A stretch of 64,000 nt of DNA from Octopus bimaculoides (Eukaryota): assembly GCF_001194135.2 (NCBI RefSeq), contig NC_068983.1:18925037-18989036 (forward strand), read 5' to 3'. Positions 1 through 12,863 of this stretch are shown one piece after another. The position numbers and the translations under genes are program-made. How positions within the stretch are numbered: the first letter of the stretch is position 1; each line of letters opens with the position of its first letter. The notes under the pieces were generated by a model. That model was not told where the DNA came from and ran no database searches. It was given only the letters and a program-made list of their open reading frames with translations.

Positions 1-1539
1 GCATATTGTATGTAGTGCTATGAGAAAATTGATGATTAGTTATGGGAATTCATTACAAAAATATCATTCATAAGGGTCCTTCAAACGTGGAATAAAACAT
101 GTAACAGCTCACCATGAAAGATAAAAGTGTATGGTGGGATAGCTAATTAGTTGATGAGTTTAAGCATGGGCCTGAATAATCTATGGTTATTTACAACACT
201 GCACACACTGTGCAGTGTTGTAATACCTATTATTGTGGTCACGTTTGTCTTCTATCAACACGGGGTCAATGAAAACTTCTTTCGCAGTACTGGTGGCGAT
301 ATTTCACTCCTCCTAGAAGTGCTGCTGCAAAGGTTCAACCTCGTAACATTGTAAACTGCTGATATTGTTTCAAAATTGCTATACAAATATATACTGTAAA
401 TATACTGTAAATCTTTTTAATCACATAATAAGTTTCTATAATCAGGAACACTTTAAACTGAGGCATGGTCAGCCTTGAAAGTAACTATCTAAAAAATATT
501 AAACCCCCTCCAACTCTTTCTCTCTCAAACACACATCTATTTCTTCCAAAGTTTTAAAATCAACTACTTCCCACTTCCCTCTTCTCCTCCCCACAATCCC
601 TAATCTCTAAAAGTATTTAACATTACCCCGCGCCTTTGAGAACTAGCCAATTTACCTTAATTCTTCCCTACTCACACACCTCCATCCAATTCCATACTCC
701 CCTATTGACCATAACACCTCGCCCCTCCATTGTCAACCCAATTTCTTTATCCCACTAACAACTACTTTTGACCACCTTCTCACTCTCCAGCTACTGAACT
801 AGTCAACACATTTGCCTCAAATAATAGACATTCCTGTTTCTCTATTCCAGACTTTAATTCATACGAACTTTACATGTGATTTGCTTTCATTTTTATATAT
901 ATGTAAAACGTAATATGTTATACATGTATGTATACCGTCATTATTGTTTTTTTTTTAAAGAATAAATAGACATGATATAATGTCTAAAAGTTGATAAATA
1001 CCACCTCTTGATACCCTCCATTTTCTTATTTTCATATAAATTAAGGGGAAAACAACTTTTGGACTCACCCATTTGTTACATTCAGTAGCGTATTTCTATG
1101 CAATGAAAAAACAGTTGTGTATTAATAATTGGGTATTCTACCAGCAGTATGTTGGATAGTTATTATTCCTTAGTTGGTTGGATTCACAACCTCTAACTCT
1201 CTTTGGAATTATATATATATATATATATATATATNNNNNNNNNNNNNNNNNNNNNNNNNNNNNNNNNNNNNNNNNNNNNNNNNNNNNNNNNNNNNNNNNN
1301 NNNNNNNNNNNNNNNNNNNNNNNNNNNNNNNNNNNNNNNNNNNNNNNNNNNNNNNNNNNNNNNNNNNNNNNNNNNNNNNNNNNNNNNNNNNNNNNNNNNN
1401 NNNNNNNNNNNNNNNNNNNNNNNNNNNNNNNNNNNNNNNNNNNATATATATATATATATATAAGATAATAAGAGTGAAAAACTACAGAAGCGTTGTGTTA
1501 CATGGTTAAAGTATATATTTAAATTATGTCAGAAAAATG

Positions 1540-1579
<40 letters not shown>

Positions 1580-3230
1580 ATACATGGTGCAATCTTACTT
1601 GTGCGCACAAGCACGCGCCCGGAGTCATATACACACCCACTATTATCATGATAGCATTTACCCTCGATATCGGCAGTCAGTTAATGAGTTAATGCTTACA
1701 ATTTAATAAAGTCTCATATAAGAAAACGCAAACGTACGCAAACATACACATACGCGCGCACACACACACACTTTCATATATATGTATAGTGAACACAAAA
1801 GGTGTTTAAAATTTACGACAGTGCTTTCGGTAGAATTTTACTTATGTATTCATAACATAAAATCCACTATATTCAGATAAAATTTTAAACAGATAAGATG
1901 TGAAACAGGTGAGATCTTGTACGTAGAACGTTATGATATGATCTACAAAATACTGCAATAAAATTCTACAGAAACAGCTGTCATAAATCTTAAACACCAT
2001 ATGCATTCGATCTTTATAAATACTCTGCTCTTAGAACAAACTCAAGAGTCGGTTCCACGTTTATATTGGATTCAGCATCTTGAACTCTATGCTCTCATCT
2101 CTAGCCATTTCTAGCATCCCACGTTGATGTGCCTAGATGCTCCTGAGCCCTTATAGACAATATATATGTATATTATATATTAGTTCAGTTTATTTGCAAA
2201 TCAGGACGCTGGTACATGAGTAATCACGAAAATAAATGCAACGGTTCATGCAAAAATGTGGGAGGTGTTTTTTACACCATTTTCCAATTTTGCTCTTAGT
2301 TGCAATGTATGTCACCAAGTGCAGTGTTTGTAGTGCACACACACATTCATGTATGTATGCACGTATGTATAATCCCGATGTATATATGTGTCGTTATGTG
2401 TGTGTGTATGAGTGTATGTGTGCGAGCGTGTGTGAATACACGATACGTGTGTACGTTTTCAATAAATTTTGCTTGCGTTTGCACTGAATTGGCCAATAAC
2501 ACTTTTTATTTTATTATCATGAAAGAATAATGGAATATCCGTCGTCGTCTACGATTGTTCTTTTAAATGAATAGAAAACACAAGCAGTGTTTCTTTCGAA
2601 GTATCGTTAATCTTTATTCACTATGAATTCAGCAATTAAATCGGTAGAAATTAAATACAGACTATATAACCTGAAATATTTAGAGCCAACAGTGAAGAAA
2701 TTGTTTCATAAACAAAAACCAACACATTGTAATTTTGCTATGGTGATGACAGTTTCTTTAATCTGTTCAGATACTATTTCTGAAAGATTATGATATTATT
2801 ATTCAAAAGATACAAGGTAGATTCCCACTATATTATTTGGTTATATTTTGACAGATAAAACTGAAAAACAAAAACCAATTCAAAAAGTAGCAAAAGAAAA
2901 AAGAAATTGAAAGAAATAATTGAAATGATTTTCTCCTCGGATATGCTGCGAATTAATGAGTAGGCTTATATTAAGACTAGGAAGTGCTTCAAATACAGGG
3001 CATTCATTTATAAGGAAAATTTAAATATGAAATATTGCTAGAAAGCAATTCCGTTTAAAAAGGGGTTAAACAAATCATTACAGAAACAAAATTTAAAAAA
3101 GTGAAAGGCTACAGAAACATACTCTACATAATAAACGAGAATCACACAAATACAAATATATAGTAGCAAACTACTTGTACGCGTTGATATAATATTGACT
3201 AACAAGCACCCATCCACACACATACGCTCG

Positions 3231-3261
<31 letters not shown>

Positions 3262-3486
3262 ACACTTGTACATATGTATATATTTATGTGACTGATTCTA
3301 ATTTAATTGCTTTTGGCGATAGTTATATTTCCTCATAAACTACTCTATGGTTGACATATTTATGCCTTTTTCGGTAGGATGCGATGTGCCATGAAAATAT
3401 AATAATTACACAAAGCCACAAAAAAAAAGAAACAAAAGAAAACAAACAAACACATACACACACAATCTAATATATAGATATGCCCT

Positions 3487-3707
3487 AAGGCAGTGAGTTG
3501 GTATAACAGTTAGGGCGTGGGGAAAATGCTTGGCAGTGTTTAAGCCGTCGTTACGTTCTAAGTTCAAATTTCGCTGAGGTCACCTCGCCTTTTATTCCTT
3601 TTGACGTCTTTTGATAATAAGTACCGATTCAGCACAGTGGTCAATGTAATCAACTTCACGCCGCTCCCAAATTTGCTGGCCTTGTGTCAAAAATTGAAAC
3701 CAATATT
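3487..3707 (+). mobile_element. SINE family A (tRNA-derived, Octopus-type), diverged full-length copy
   Basis: Aligns by eye to the ~215 bp unit repeated across the window: A-box-like head, B-box-like AAGTTCAAATTTCG, and tail ending CCTTGTGTCAAAAATTGAAAC. Confidence 0.8.
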
Positions 3708-4526
3708 TAGGTACACATGCACGTATAAATTCATATATTTACATGCACAGCTGACTAACAGAGAATCGTTTAACTGAACATTCTTTGTTTCTGTGTTACT
3801 AAAAAGGACAAGAGTCATCATGGGAACCTTTGCTGTGTTATGGCATGCTGGGTGTTAACAAATAGTTGAAATAGCATAAAAATTACAGGTCACACAAAGC
3901 ATTTTTAGATAAATATCTATTGACTTGGTTATACTGTAGAATGACAGACTCAGTTGCTGTAACACACACACATGCACACGCACGCACACATATATGTGTG
4001 TGTATGTGGGCGTGTGTGTGTTCGTGGAAAATCAATATTCGCTTCGAATACTGTAATTCAGTTTTGTAATAGTCTTAATGTATGTCATTTTGCATTTCTC
4101 CTATACTACCTTGAAATCTAAATGCGGATTTCAAAAGTATATTTTGAAATTGCTGTAACAATTTTCACTTATCAATGCATTTCTACAATTCAATTTGATA
4201 TATGCCTGCCACATCTTTTTAAAAAGTACGTTAGAATCCATTCTTTATAGAGGAAATTATTGTTTAGAGTTCAAAATATATATCACACTGTATCACATGA
4301 TAAGATAATATCTAACATGAAATAACCATCTCTAGCATTTCAGCAATGTTAAATATAAATACCCAAAACTTGTATTTAGCTTACATATAATAAATATTTA
4401 GATACTACCTCAGTACTACCGTCTATGAAATAAGATGACTCTATATATTTTAATTCATATTAGTTTATATATTTAATTTAAAAATTCATACCAGGATATG
4501 TTGGTCTAAAATAAATGAAGCACTTT

Positions 4527-4632
4527 TATGTATGTATGTATGTATGTATGTATGTATGTATGTATGTATGTATGTATGTATGTATGTATGTATGTATGTA
4601 CGTACGTACGTACGTATGTACGTATGTATGTA
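4527..4632. repeat. (TATG)n/(TACG)n tetranucleotide microsatellite
   Basis: Directly visible; source of the MYVC-type ORF artefacts. Confidence 0.95.
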
Positions 4633-4757
4633 TGCGTATATGTGTCTGAACTTATGTGTGGATGTTATATGGATTATTTGTTACTTGATTATCATTTGCA
4701 TATTCTCTACATTCTACTGGTAGGCTGCTTTTTATATCGTAATATTGTATAGCAGAT

Positions 4758-4909
4758 CGTTCTGAGTTCAAATTCCGCCGAAGTCAACTTTGCATTTCAT
4801 CCTTTCGGGGTCGATGAATTAAGTACCAGTTGCGTACAGGGTTTGATCTAATTGACTAGCCCCCTCCCTAAAATTTTCAGGCCTTGTTCCTAGAGTAGAA
4901 AAGAATATT
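4758..4909 (+). mobile_element. SINE family A, 5'-truncated copy
   Basis: CGTTCTGAGTTCAAATTCCGCCGAAGTCAACTTTGCATTTCATCCTTTCGGGGTCGAT...CCTAGAGTAGAAAAGAATATT matches the other copies. Confidence 0.9.
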
Positions 4910-5966
4910 GTATTGCAGATATGATTTTCATTTTAAAATTTGACTTTTTGCAACTGTCTGCGTGTTATTTAGTATTTTTTATGAAATGGTACACCATACA
5001 GTGACGCTTCACTTGCAAACAACACAAGTTGACAGTATCTCCTCAGAAAACTACTCTAGGGTGGCCGGGCATTTCAAAAATTTATTTATCTTAACGTTAA
5101 TGGTTTTGAGTACCTACTTACTCTTCCTGCATTTCGTAATGTCTGCTCGATTCTATGAGTTTATATCTGCATTAAATTATTGAGTACTGGCTCTGTATTA
5201 TATAAATTTATATGGAAACAGCAAAATCTGTTTTAAGGTACTAGATTTTAACTTGTGTGGAGCTTATGTTATACATGATGCTGGTTCATAATTCTCAGGT
5301 TCGGTCCCGGGAAGTTTTCAGAGGGAGTACACAAGGTCAGAAGGGAATATAATTCCAGGAGAAAAGAGGGTAATAACATTATTTAGAAGGGCGTACTTCT
5401 TTCTTGGGGGCAGGGAGTGAGGCACGTGCCCCTCAGCCCTCCGCCTTGGGCTCATCTCTAATTCATGTAGATGGTTGATGTTTACAATATACGAACGGGA
5501 CTCATTGTAACCGAATCACTCGCTTTAGATCACGGAAAAAGAAACATCAGTGCATTGAAAGCAAACATTTTCAATCATGCGACATTTCATGCAATTCTCG
5601 CAGCAACGCTTAATGTTAAAATTTCAGAATATTTTGCGATTTACTACGAAATTTCTTACTGCCAAAGTTCATAATATAAATGACCAATCTGTTATAGGGT
5701 TCATTTATTCATCTTATTCTTCTGGGAAAATATGATATCCTCACAACCTGATACGATCAAAGTTTCGCTCAAGTCGAAAGGTCAAGTTTCAGGAAAATTG
5801 GAATAATGTTTGGAAAATATTATCTTTTGGTAAATAATATCCATCCATAATATTCTATGTGACTGCAAACACATGAGATACAATCATAGACAAGAATCTT
5901 AGCATTCACGCCACACATAGGTACATACATATACACACCCACTGCCTCTAACTTTTTATTTGAAAA

Positions 5967-6201
5967 TAGTGGTTCTCAACCATTTTTTGCTTAGGGAGAC
6001 ATTTGATTCCTATTTTAATCTACTAAACCGTCATTGCCATTCAATGCATATACAATTCTTGTATTTCTGTATTGAAATATTATGGATTGTATAAAAAAAT
6101 GAAATATGTTGTGTATTGTAGCAGTATATTCCTTATGAATTTTAACAACTAAATTTTATATGGACCCGCAAATTCATACGCACTCCAGTTGAGAAGCACT
6201 A
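5967..6201. mobile_element. hAT Charlie-type MITE (235 bp)
   Basis: 14-bp terminal inverted repeats TAGTGGTTCTCAAC (5967-5980) and GTTGAGAAGCACTA (6188-6201), 1 mismatch, resembling the CAGTGGTTCTCAAC ends of Charlie/MER5-type elements. AT-rich non-coding interior; 8-bp TSD not preserved. Confidence 0.7.
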
Positions 6202-7052
6202 TTATAAGGAATAAACAACTTTCAGAAAGTAAAAACGCAGACAGCTTATATTAATTCACAATGGCCCCCATATATGTGATATTATAACAAGTGAATTGTA
6301 GCAAGGCTGCGTGATGATGATGTCAACATATTTTAATTCATAATGGCTCCAACATATGATATTATAACAAGAGAATTGCCGCAATGCCGATAATGGCGTT
6401 AGACGTCACATCACGTGATTTGTTTGTTCTTCTCTTCCAATTTATTTTGACATTCCCGTTGCGTTTTTATTTTTCGTTTCTGTTTTACGAATTCAGCGTC
6501 CATATTTACATTGTGCGTTCATACTTCTGTTTTCAGTTCCTACTCAAAAACGGTTTACAGATCACAACCATGTCACGAACATACTTTCGGGTAGAGGGCT
6601 TCGCGCTCCGATAGTTGTGAGTGACTAATATAAGTTTTAAAAATCAAGAATTCATTTCGTGGGAAGAATAATAGCCACTTTTAAAGGTAAGGTACCATTT
6701 CTGTGGTCTGGAAACATGAGATATGGGAGGAAGGTATGTTTCCTTATGATATTTAATTATGACAGCATAATCATCAATAGTTATGAAGTATAGAAATAGA
6801 AATAAAATGCCAATACTTTTCAGAAGTTGCATTACTGGAAACAGTAACATATTGAAAATAACTAGTGTGTCATTCCCATGGACTACAATTATGACGCCAT
6901 GTTAATTGACGAAAAACGAAAATGATAATTACTGAATTTGCAACGTCGCATTCTTATGTGCAATGATTAGGATCACCTTATGCACATATATGAACCAATA
7001 ATTGTTCAATCAAACAGTCAATCAATCAAACAAACAATCAATCAAAAAATAA

Positions 7053-7081
7053 ATCTATCTATCAATTCATCCATCCATCTA

Positions 7082-7120
<39 letters not shown>

Positions 7121-7158
7121 NNNNNNNNNNTCTATCTATCAATTCATCCATCCATCCA

Positions 7159-7193
<35 letters not shown>

Positions 7194-7226
7194 GTATGTA
7201 TGTACGTATGTATGTATGTATGTATG

Positions 7227-7262
<36 letters not shown>

Positions 7263-7277
7263 GATCGATCGATCTAT
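7053..7277. repeat. Compound microsatellite (ATCT/ATCC/CT/TATG/TATC) containing a 10-N gap
   Basis: Directly visible. Confidence 0.9.
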
Positions 7278-7764
7278 ACGTCTGCACGTGTATATGTCTG
7301 TTCACGTGTGTATCTGTCTGTTCACGTGTGCATGCGTATACGTATGTATGCGGACGTGCGTCTGTGTGTGCAGGAGCTACATCTGTGTGTGTCTATGTGA
7401 AGAAATGCTGCGATAAAGAAGGAAGCACATACAACGGCGTTAACAAAAACTGAGGGGATAGCGCACATGTCTTTTGGATTGTATTTGATTTAGAAATGAG
7501 CGTTCTTAGAATTCATCTTTAAATAAATAATTAATTATATGCATCACAGAAACTTATTATACAATTACTTTACATTTTCCCCGGAACATTACGTATTAGT
7601 ACACTGAGAAAAAATTGTTGAAACTGCTGTATCACAAGACTTGAACACTGTTTCATTAAGAGATTTTGACGACGCATAAATCAAACCTTTTTAATGAATC
7701 GCTTTTATGAATAATGTTGCGTGATGTCTTTCAGAATCTATTGTAATCTAGGGACAAAGAATAT

Positions 7765-7810
7765 AATTAATCATAACGAAGAGAAAGACCTTGGTGTGAT
7801 CGTGAAAGAA
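7765..7810 (+). mobile_element. Possible tiny CR1-type RT fragment
   Basis: Translates EEKDLGVIV, the RT C-terminal motif also seen (DLGVIV) in the CR1 copy at 63.3 kb; very short. Confidence 0.3.
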
Positions 7811-9166
7811 TTAAAAGACTCGGTAACTTGAGTTCTGTATTTTTTTACGCTTCTTCAGTACTTTCATTACTTTCATGATTTCTCTGTAAGAAAGTATAAT
7901 TTAACTTCATTTGAAAACTCACACACATCATTCGTTCAGTAGGACACACATACACACATGCAGACGCACATACACACAAACGCTCGCACACACATATACG
8001 CACACACACACATAATTGATAAGAAATAATAAATAACTAGGACTTCTCGAAATTGCACAGTATCTGAACATTTCTTTTTCCTTTAATTAATGATTAGAAT
8101 TCATCATTGAAAAAGAAATTAATGAACACTATTTTTTCATTCATTATACGATGCCTCATTTCCTTATTCTTATTTCCAACTATTTAATTGTTGTTTTACT
8201 GTTTATCAGAAGGAATTCTTAAATTTCTCTGGTGACATAACGTTTCCTGGCTGCAAGCATTGTTGAAGCATACATAGAATTTCTTGAACGTGATTTAATA
8301 TCTATCTGCCACTTTCCTCCATAGATTTATGGCATTTTTATCCCTGACTACCGTATTTTCCTTCCTCGCCGATTGCTTTACTACTTACGATATTATTACC
8401 GTATTGTTTTTATTATTATCTTTTGCAATTTGTCTTTACAGGTATTAGTTTTCATCTTAGATTGCATGAATGAGAAAGAAATACCTCTTCTGCTTTTGTA
8501 AGTGTATAGAAAAAAAAAAAGAACGTTGCTTCATTGTTTATTTCCATTTATTTACTTTTCAATTAAAATACTTTATTTATTTGTTATGCAGATCTCCTAA
8601 TCCTTAAAATTGAATTTCGGAAGCTCAATAAATTTATGCATACAATTCTATTTCTAATTGATTTTCCTTAGAATCCCACCGTTTTTTCTCGTTATATCTA
8701 TTTTTTCTATATATCAATTTCTTTTATTTAGACGTTGATGGCTACTATATTTATATATTCAACCTATGGGATTTTGAGGATAACCAGAATCGATTTACTG
8801 ATCATTACATGTTTAAGATTATATATCAACGGGTGACCAAGCGATAATTCTTTCCTCTATATATTTTAAAGACGTAGTGATAGTTAAGATTCATGCTTCT
8901 AACTCTCAATTGTTTGTTATTCTATCCTATATAGAAATTATATGACAAAAACACAATTGAAGGGATTTTAAGTAAGAAAATTAAGCTCGATATCTCATTA
9001 CTGCAAGGCATTTTGTACAATACGCCACAAATTCTGCCACACTGTAGCCGTTTGATTTACCCATAATTAATTAACCTATGCTGATTTTTTCATTATATAG
9101 TATCTCAAAGATTCTTACCTGTCTAAGTGCCTTCAGCTGTCAATTGATATTCGTTGTTGCTGTTGC

Positions 9167-9389
9167 TCTTCTTCTTCTTCTTCTTCTTCTTCTTCTTCTT
9201 CTTCTTCTTCTTCTTCTTCTTCTTCTTCTTCTTGTTTACCTGTTCGTCTTCCCCTTTTCATGTTCTTCATCTATCATCATCATCATCGTCAACATCATCG
9301 TCATCATCGTCGTCGTCGTCACCACCACCACCACGATCCTCCTCCTCCTCCTCCTCCTTCTCATCATCATCATCATCATCATCATCATC
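9167..9389. repeat. Compound trinucleotide array (CTT)n ... (CAT/CGT/CAC/CCT)n
   Basis: Directly visible; explains the poly-L/F/S/D/E ORFs. Confidence 0.95.
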
Positions 9390-10458
9390 TTCAGAGTAAA
9401 TGATTGTGTTGGTATGCACATTATACTGATGCATATTTTTCTGAGCTTTATTCAGTTCCCGTAACGTCGAGTCTAAATTTCTTACATTAATGTTTTTCAA
9501 ATATGTATAACCAATAGCTCCAAATGTAGGTTACGGGATACCTTTAGCTGACCTTCACAGTAAAAAGGGTTTGTTAAATGATATTTTCAATGAATATGTA
9601 CAAGTTGTTTTCAACGTATTCTATCCGGTAGGCCCATACAACCTTTAAAAACGTTATAGGTTTTGCATATAACATAAACTGGGTTAGAAAACATGTTATG
9701 AACTCAATGTATTCACTCAATTCAATAAATCTACATCTATGCGTCATTGTTTCACATTTACAATGACCACATGAAGACTTTTAGCTACAACGTGTTCTGC
9801 TCGTTGAATTGCAGAGGCGATACAGATGGAATGGAGGCACAAAGTGAAAACAACATACATGTGTGAATATCATTATATTTCTTCCTTTATTAATTTACTA
9901 CAATATTGCTGGGATTCGTTTTAGCCAATGTATATAGGGAAACATCCTTTATATAGGAATACGCTTTATAAGATTGCTGGCTGGCCACGAGTAAATACCT
10001 TATGTACTTTTCATGCACACTGAATTATAAAGGCAATATCCCTCACATATATATATATATTTAATTATCATTCTTGCACAAAATCATACCCACCCCCAAT
10101 CACTCGTGCGTGAAAAGGTGTAGTCCTTTAGTAGCATAGCTAAGAGAGTTACCGTTAGTTAATGTTTCACATAAACACGTGAGCAAAATTACTCAGGAGA
10201 AAATTGTGAATATATAAACAAAAATAATTAATTGGAGAAAAATACAAAATAAAGAAGCAAATATCTAAACTCGAACTCCACCGACAAAGCATACAGAAAT
10301 CAATAAAAAATTCTATGTACAATCTTAAGAAATGACACAGCACACCACTGAAGTACATCATACAACCAAATGAATGGGGCAGAAAAAAAAGAACGTACCA
10401 ATGCATGACAGCCAGTTTTTAAATACAGAGAGTAGAACGCTGTTAGAGATAGAGAGAT

Positions 10459-10496
<38 letters not shown>

Positions 10497-11525
10497 TGAG
10501 AGATGTGAGGAGAGAGAGACAGAGAAAGAATAAAATGTGAAAGTGAGAAAGACAGAGAGAGTGAACTTGAGGGAGAAACAGAGAGTAAGAGTGAGAAAGA
10601 CAGAGGCTGAGTGAAACTGAGACAAACTTTACTTCACATATATTTTCAGTTTTCAGCTTTGAATATCCTTATCATCTATCCATTTACCTGCATCTTATGC
10701 TTAAATCTATACTTGTTTTTTTTTTATTCACGATATGCATATCCGTTGTTTTCAGTGTTTCAAAATATAGTATTATTCAGCAGCACATACAATACAATTT
10801 TTACTATCATACAATACAAATTTTAACATCATTTGCTCGATTTTCCTAGTTAGACGCTGCGTACCATGTTCTCTTACTTGAGGGTGCGTGTTGGTTGACG
10901 GCGTGTGTTGGTAGATCACATGACACCTGGTCGCGGCACATGATGAGATTTGTCGCTGAGAGGGGATGGTAACCTGGGAGGACCTGGGAATATACTGACA
11001 CATGGTGAATGCAGTAATGCGCTGCTACGGCGCATGCTCCCACCTCAGATCTGTTCTAGTGCAGCCAGAGAAGTTGTTTATCGGTATTACATTTTTGACA
11101 CGTGGTTATATTCTCATATAAAGAATTAACATGGTCGTATCATTACGTTTAATTTTTTTCCCTTCATCAACCGAGGCAATATTTGATGCTATATAGCTTT
11201 GGGATAGTTACCCAATTTCTCTTTAATAAATCGTTGTTTTAACATTTCTGGAAGAATGCAGTGAAAAAGTATTGGTGTTTCTACAAAACGTATTTCTTTA
11301 TATATGATTGTGTGATGTAATATTTGTTTGCTCTCGTTGTGCCACTGTAACTTAATTACGTTTAGTAGTTTCGGTGGTGAGGTGATTGTCGACTAACCCG
11401 AGAACATTTGAAGTGTATTGCATTTCATAAAACCAGTCCAATGATACGAAGATGATAGTTTTATTATTTTACAAACTGCGTTTTAAGGAATCTAGAGCAA
11501 CATACTTTATTTGTCCTAACACTAA

Positions 11526-11712
11526 AACGGCGAGATGGCAGAATCGTTAGCATTCCGGGCAAATTGCTTAGCAGTACTCCATCCGTCTTTACTTTCTGAG
11601 TTCAAATTCCACCGAAGCCGACTTTGCCTTTCATATTTTCGAGGGTCAATAAATTAAACACCAGTCATGTACTAGGGTCGATATAATCAACTAACTCACT
11701 CCCACCAAATTT
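11526..11712 (+). mobile_element. SINE family A copy
   Basis: GGCGAGATGGCAGAATCGTTAGC head, GAGTTCAAATTCC B-box, GGGTCGAT body motif. Confidence 0.85.
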
Positions 11713-12646
11713 CATATGTAGTTAAGCTTCTATTTGTGCTTCTATTAAGATATTAAGGTCTGTGTATATTAGAACTATTACTGAGAGTGATATATGGGCA
11801 ATTTACCACGTTGGGATTTGTCCTTATATTACATATAGAACTAAGGCGATGGTGACTGGGTTCTTAACTTTTATTAATTGATAGTCACCATAACGATATA
11901 GACAGAAATATACCGAAGTGAATCGTGGCGTGATTAAACTAATATTTATAATCAACTGAAATTACAAAACTAATCTGCACCCGATTGAACGAATTTAGTA
12001 CAACATTGGGGATAGCGATTCCACTAAATGACTTGAACCAGACTGAGTGTTTGTCAGAAATATGTTAAACGCGAGTATTAATTCAATAACTGTGCCATCG
12101 ATATTATTGCTTAATTGCTGATAGTGATTTATATAGAAAAGAAATGAAGGCAGAAATGTGGAATTTCAGTACGTCAGTTTTGGTATTGTCTGCGATATAA
12201 TATGCATCATATTTTAGATTCACCTAGAATTGGCAGCGTTCTACTGTGGCTCAAGCAAGAAAATTACGGAGGAGTAGATTACAATCTAAATAGGTGACGC
12301 TGCGAGCTGATCTACTTGTATATACACTATTTGTCAACAAGAGACATATTCTCCGTGACAAAACGCTGTGAGTAGCTTGTTCCCCCAGTTCGAATGTGCA
12401 TCAAGCATTTTTCGGATTGATTATAACATTGGAATTTTACTTATCACAGCTTAGTGCTCCCCCTCCATACAATACTCTGTATAGATTCACGAACGCGAAA
12501 AATGGTTCCAGTCACCAGAAGATTACGATTGAAAATTACTAGAGCAGTTAACTTCTCAATAGCTATTTTTATGGAATTTAATATTAAAAATGACAGTGAC
12601 ATTAACGGCCCAAAATGAATATTTTCCACCAATATCAATCAACACT

Positions 12647-12863
12647 AAGGCGCCGAGCTGGCAGAAACGTTAAAACGCCAGGCGAAATGCTTTGCGGTAT
12701 TTCTTCTGTCTATGTTCTGAGTTCAAATTCCGGCGAAGTCGATTTTGCCTTTCATCCTTTCGGGGGCGATAAATTAAATACTAGTTGCATACTGGGATCA
12801 ATCTAATCGCCCTGACCACTCCCCCAAAATTTCGAGCCTTGAGCCTAGAATAGAACAGAATAT
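12647..12863 (+). mobile_element. SINE family A, full-length copy
   Basis: AAGGCGCCGAGCTGGCAGAAACGTT head, GAGTTCAAATTCC B-box, tail CCTAGAATAGAACAGAATAT. Confidence 0.9.

Noticed and set aside
151-354. 67-aa ORF and possible terminal exon after TTCTTTCGCAG| (YWWRYFTPPRSAAAKVQPRNIVNC*)
   Set aside because: Two frames are equally open, no recognisable family, no supporting context
452-493. Hammerhead-like layout TTTAAA-CTGA-GGC..GCC-TT-GAAAG-TAA-CTA-TCTAAA
   Set aside because: The conserved CUGANGA core is incomplete (needs a multi-base deletion to fit), and the surrounding PLE identity of 1-1230 could not be established
9114-9500. Acidic D/E-rich minus-strand ORF with a CAG|GTAAGA donor nearby
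   Set aside because: Mostly microsatellite, has an in-frame stop before the donor, and no credible acceptor
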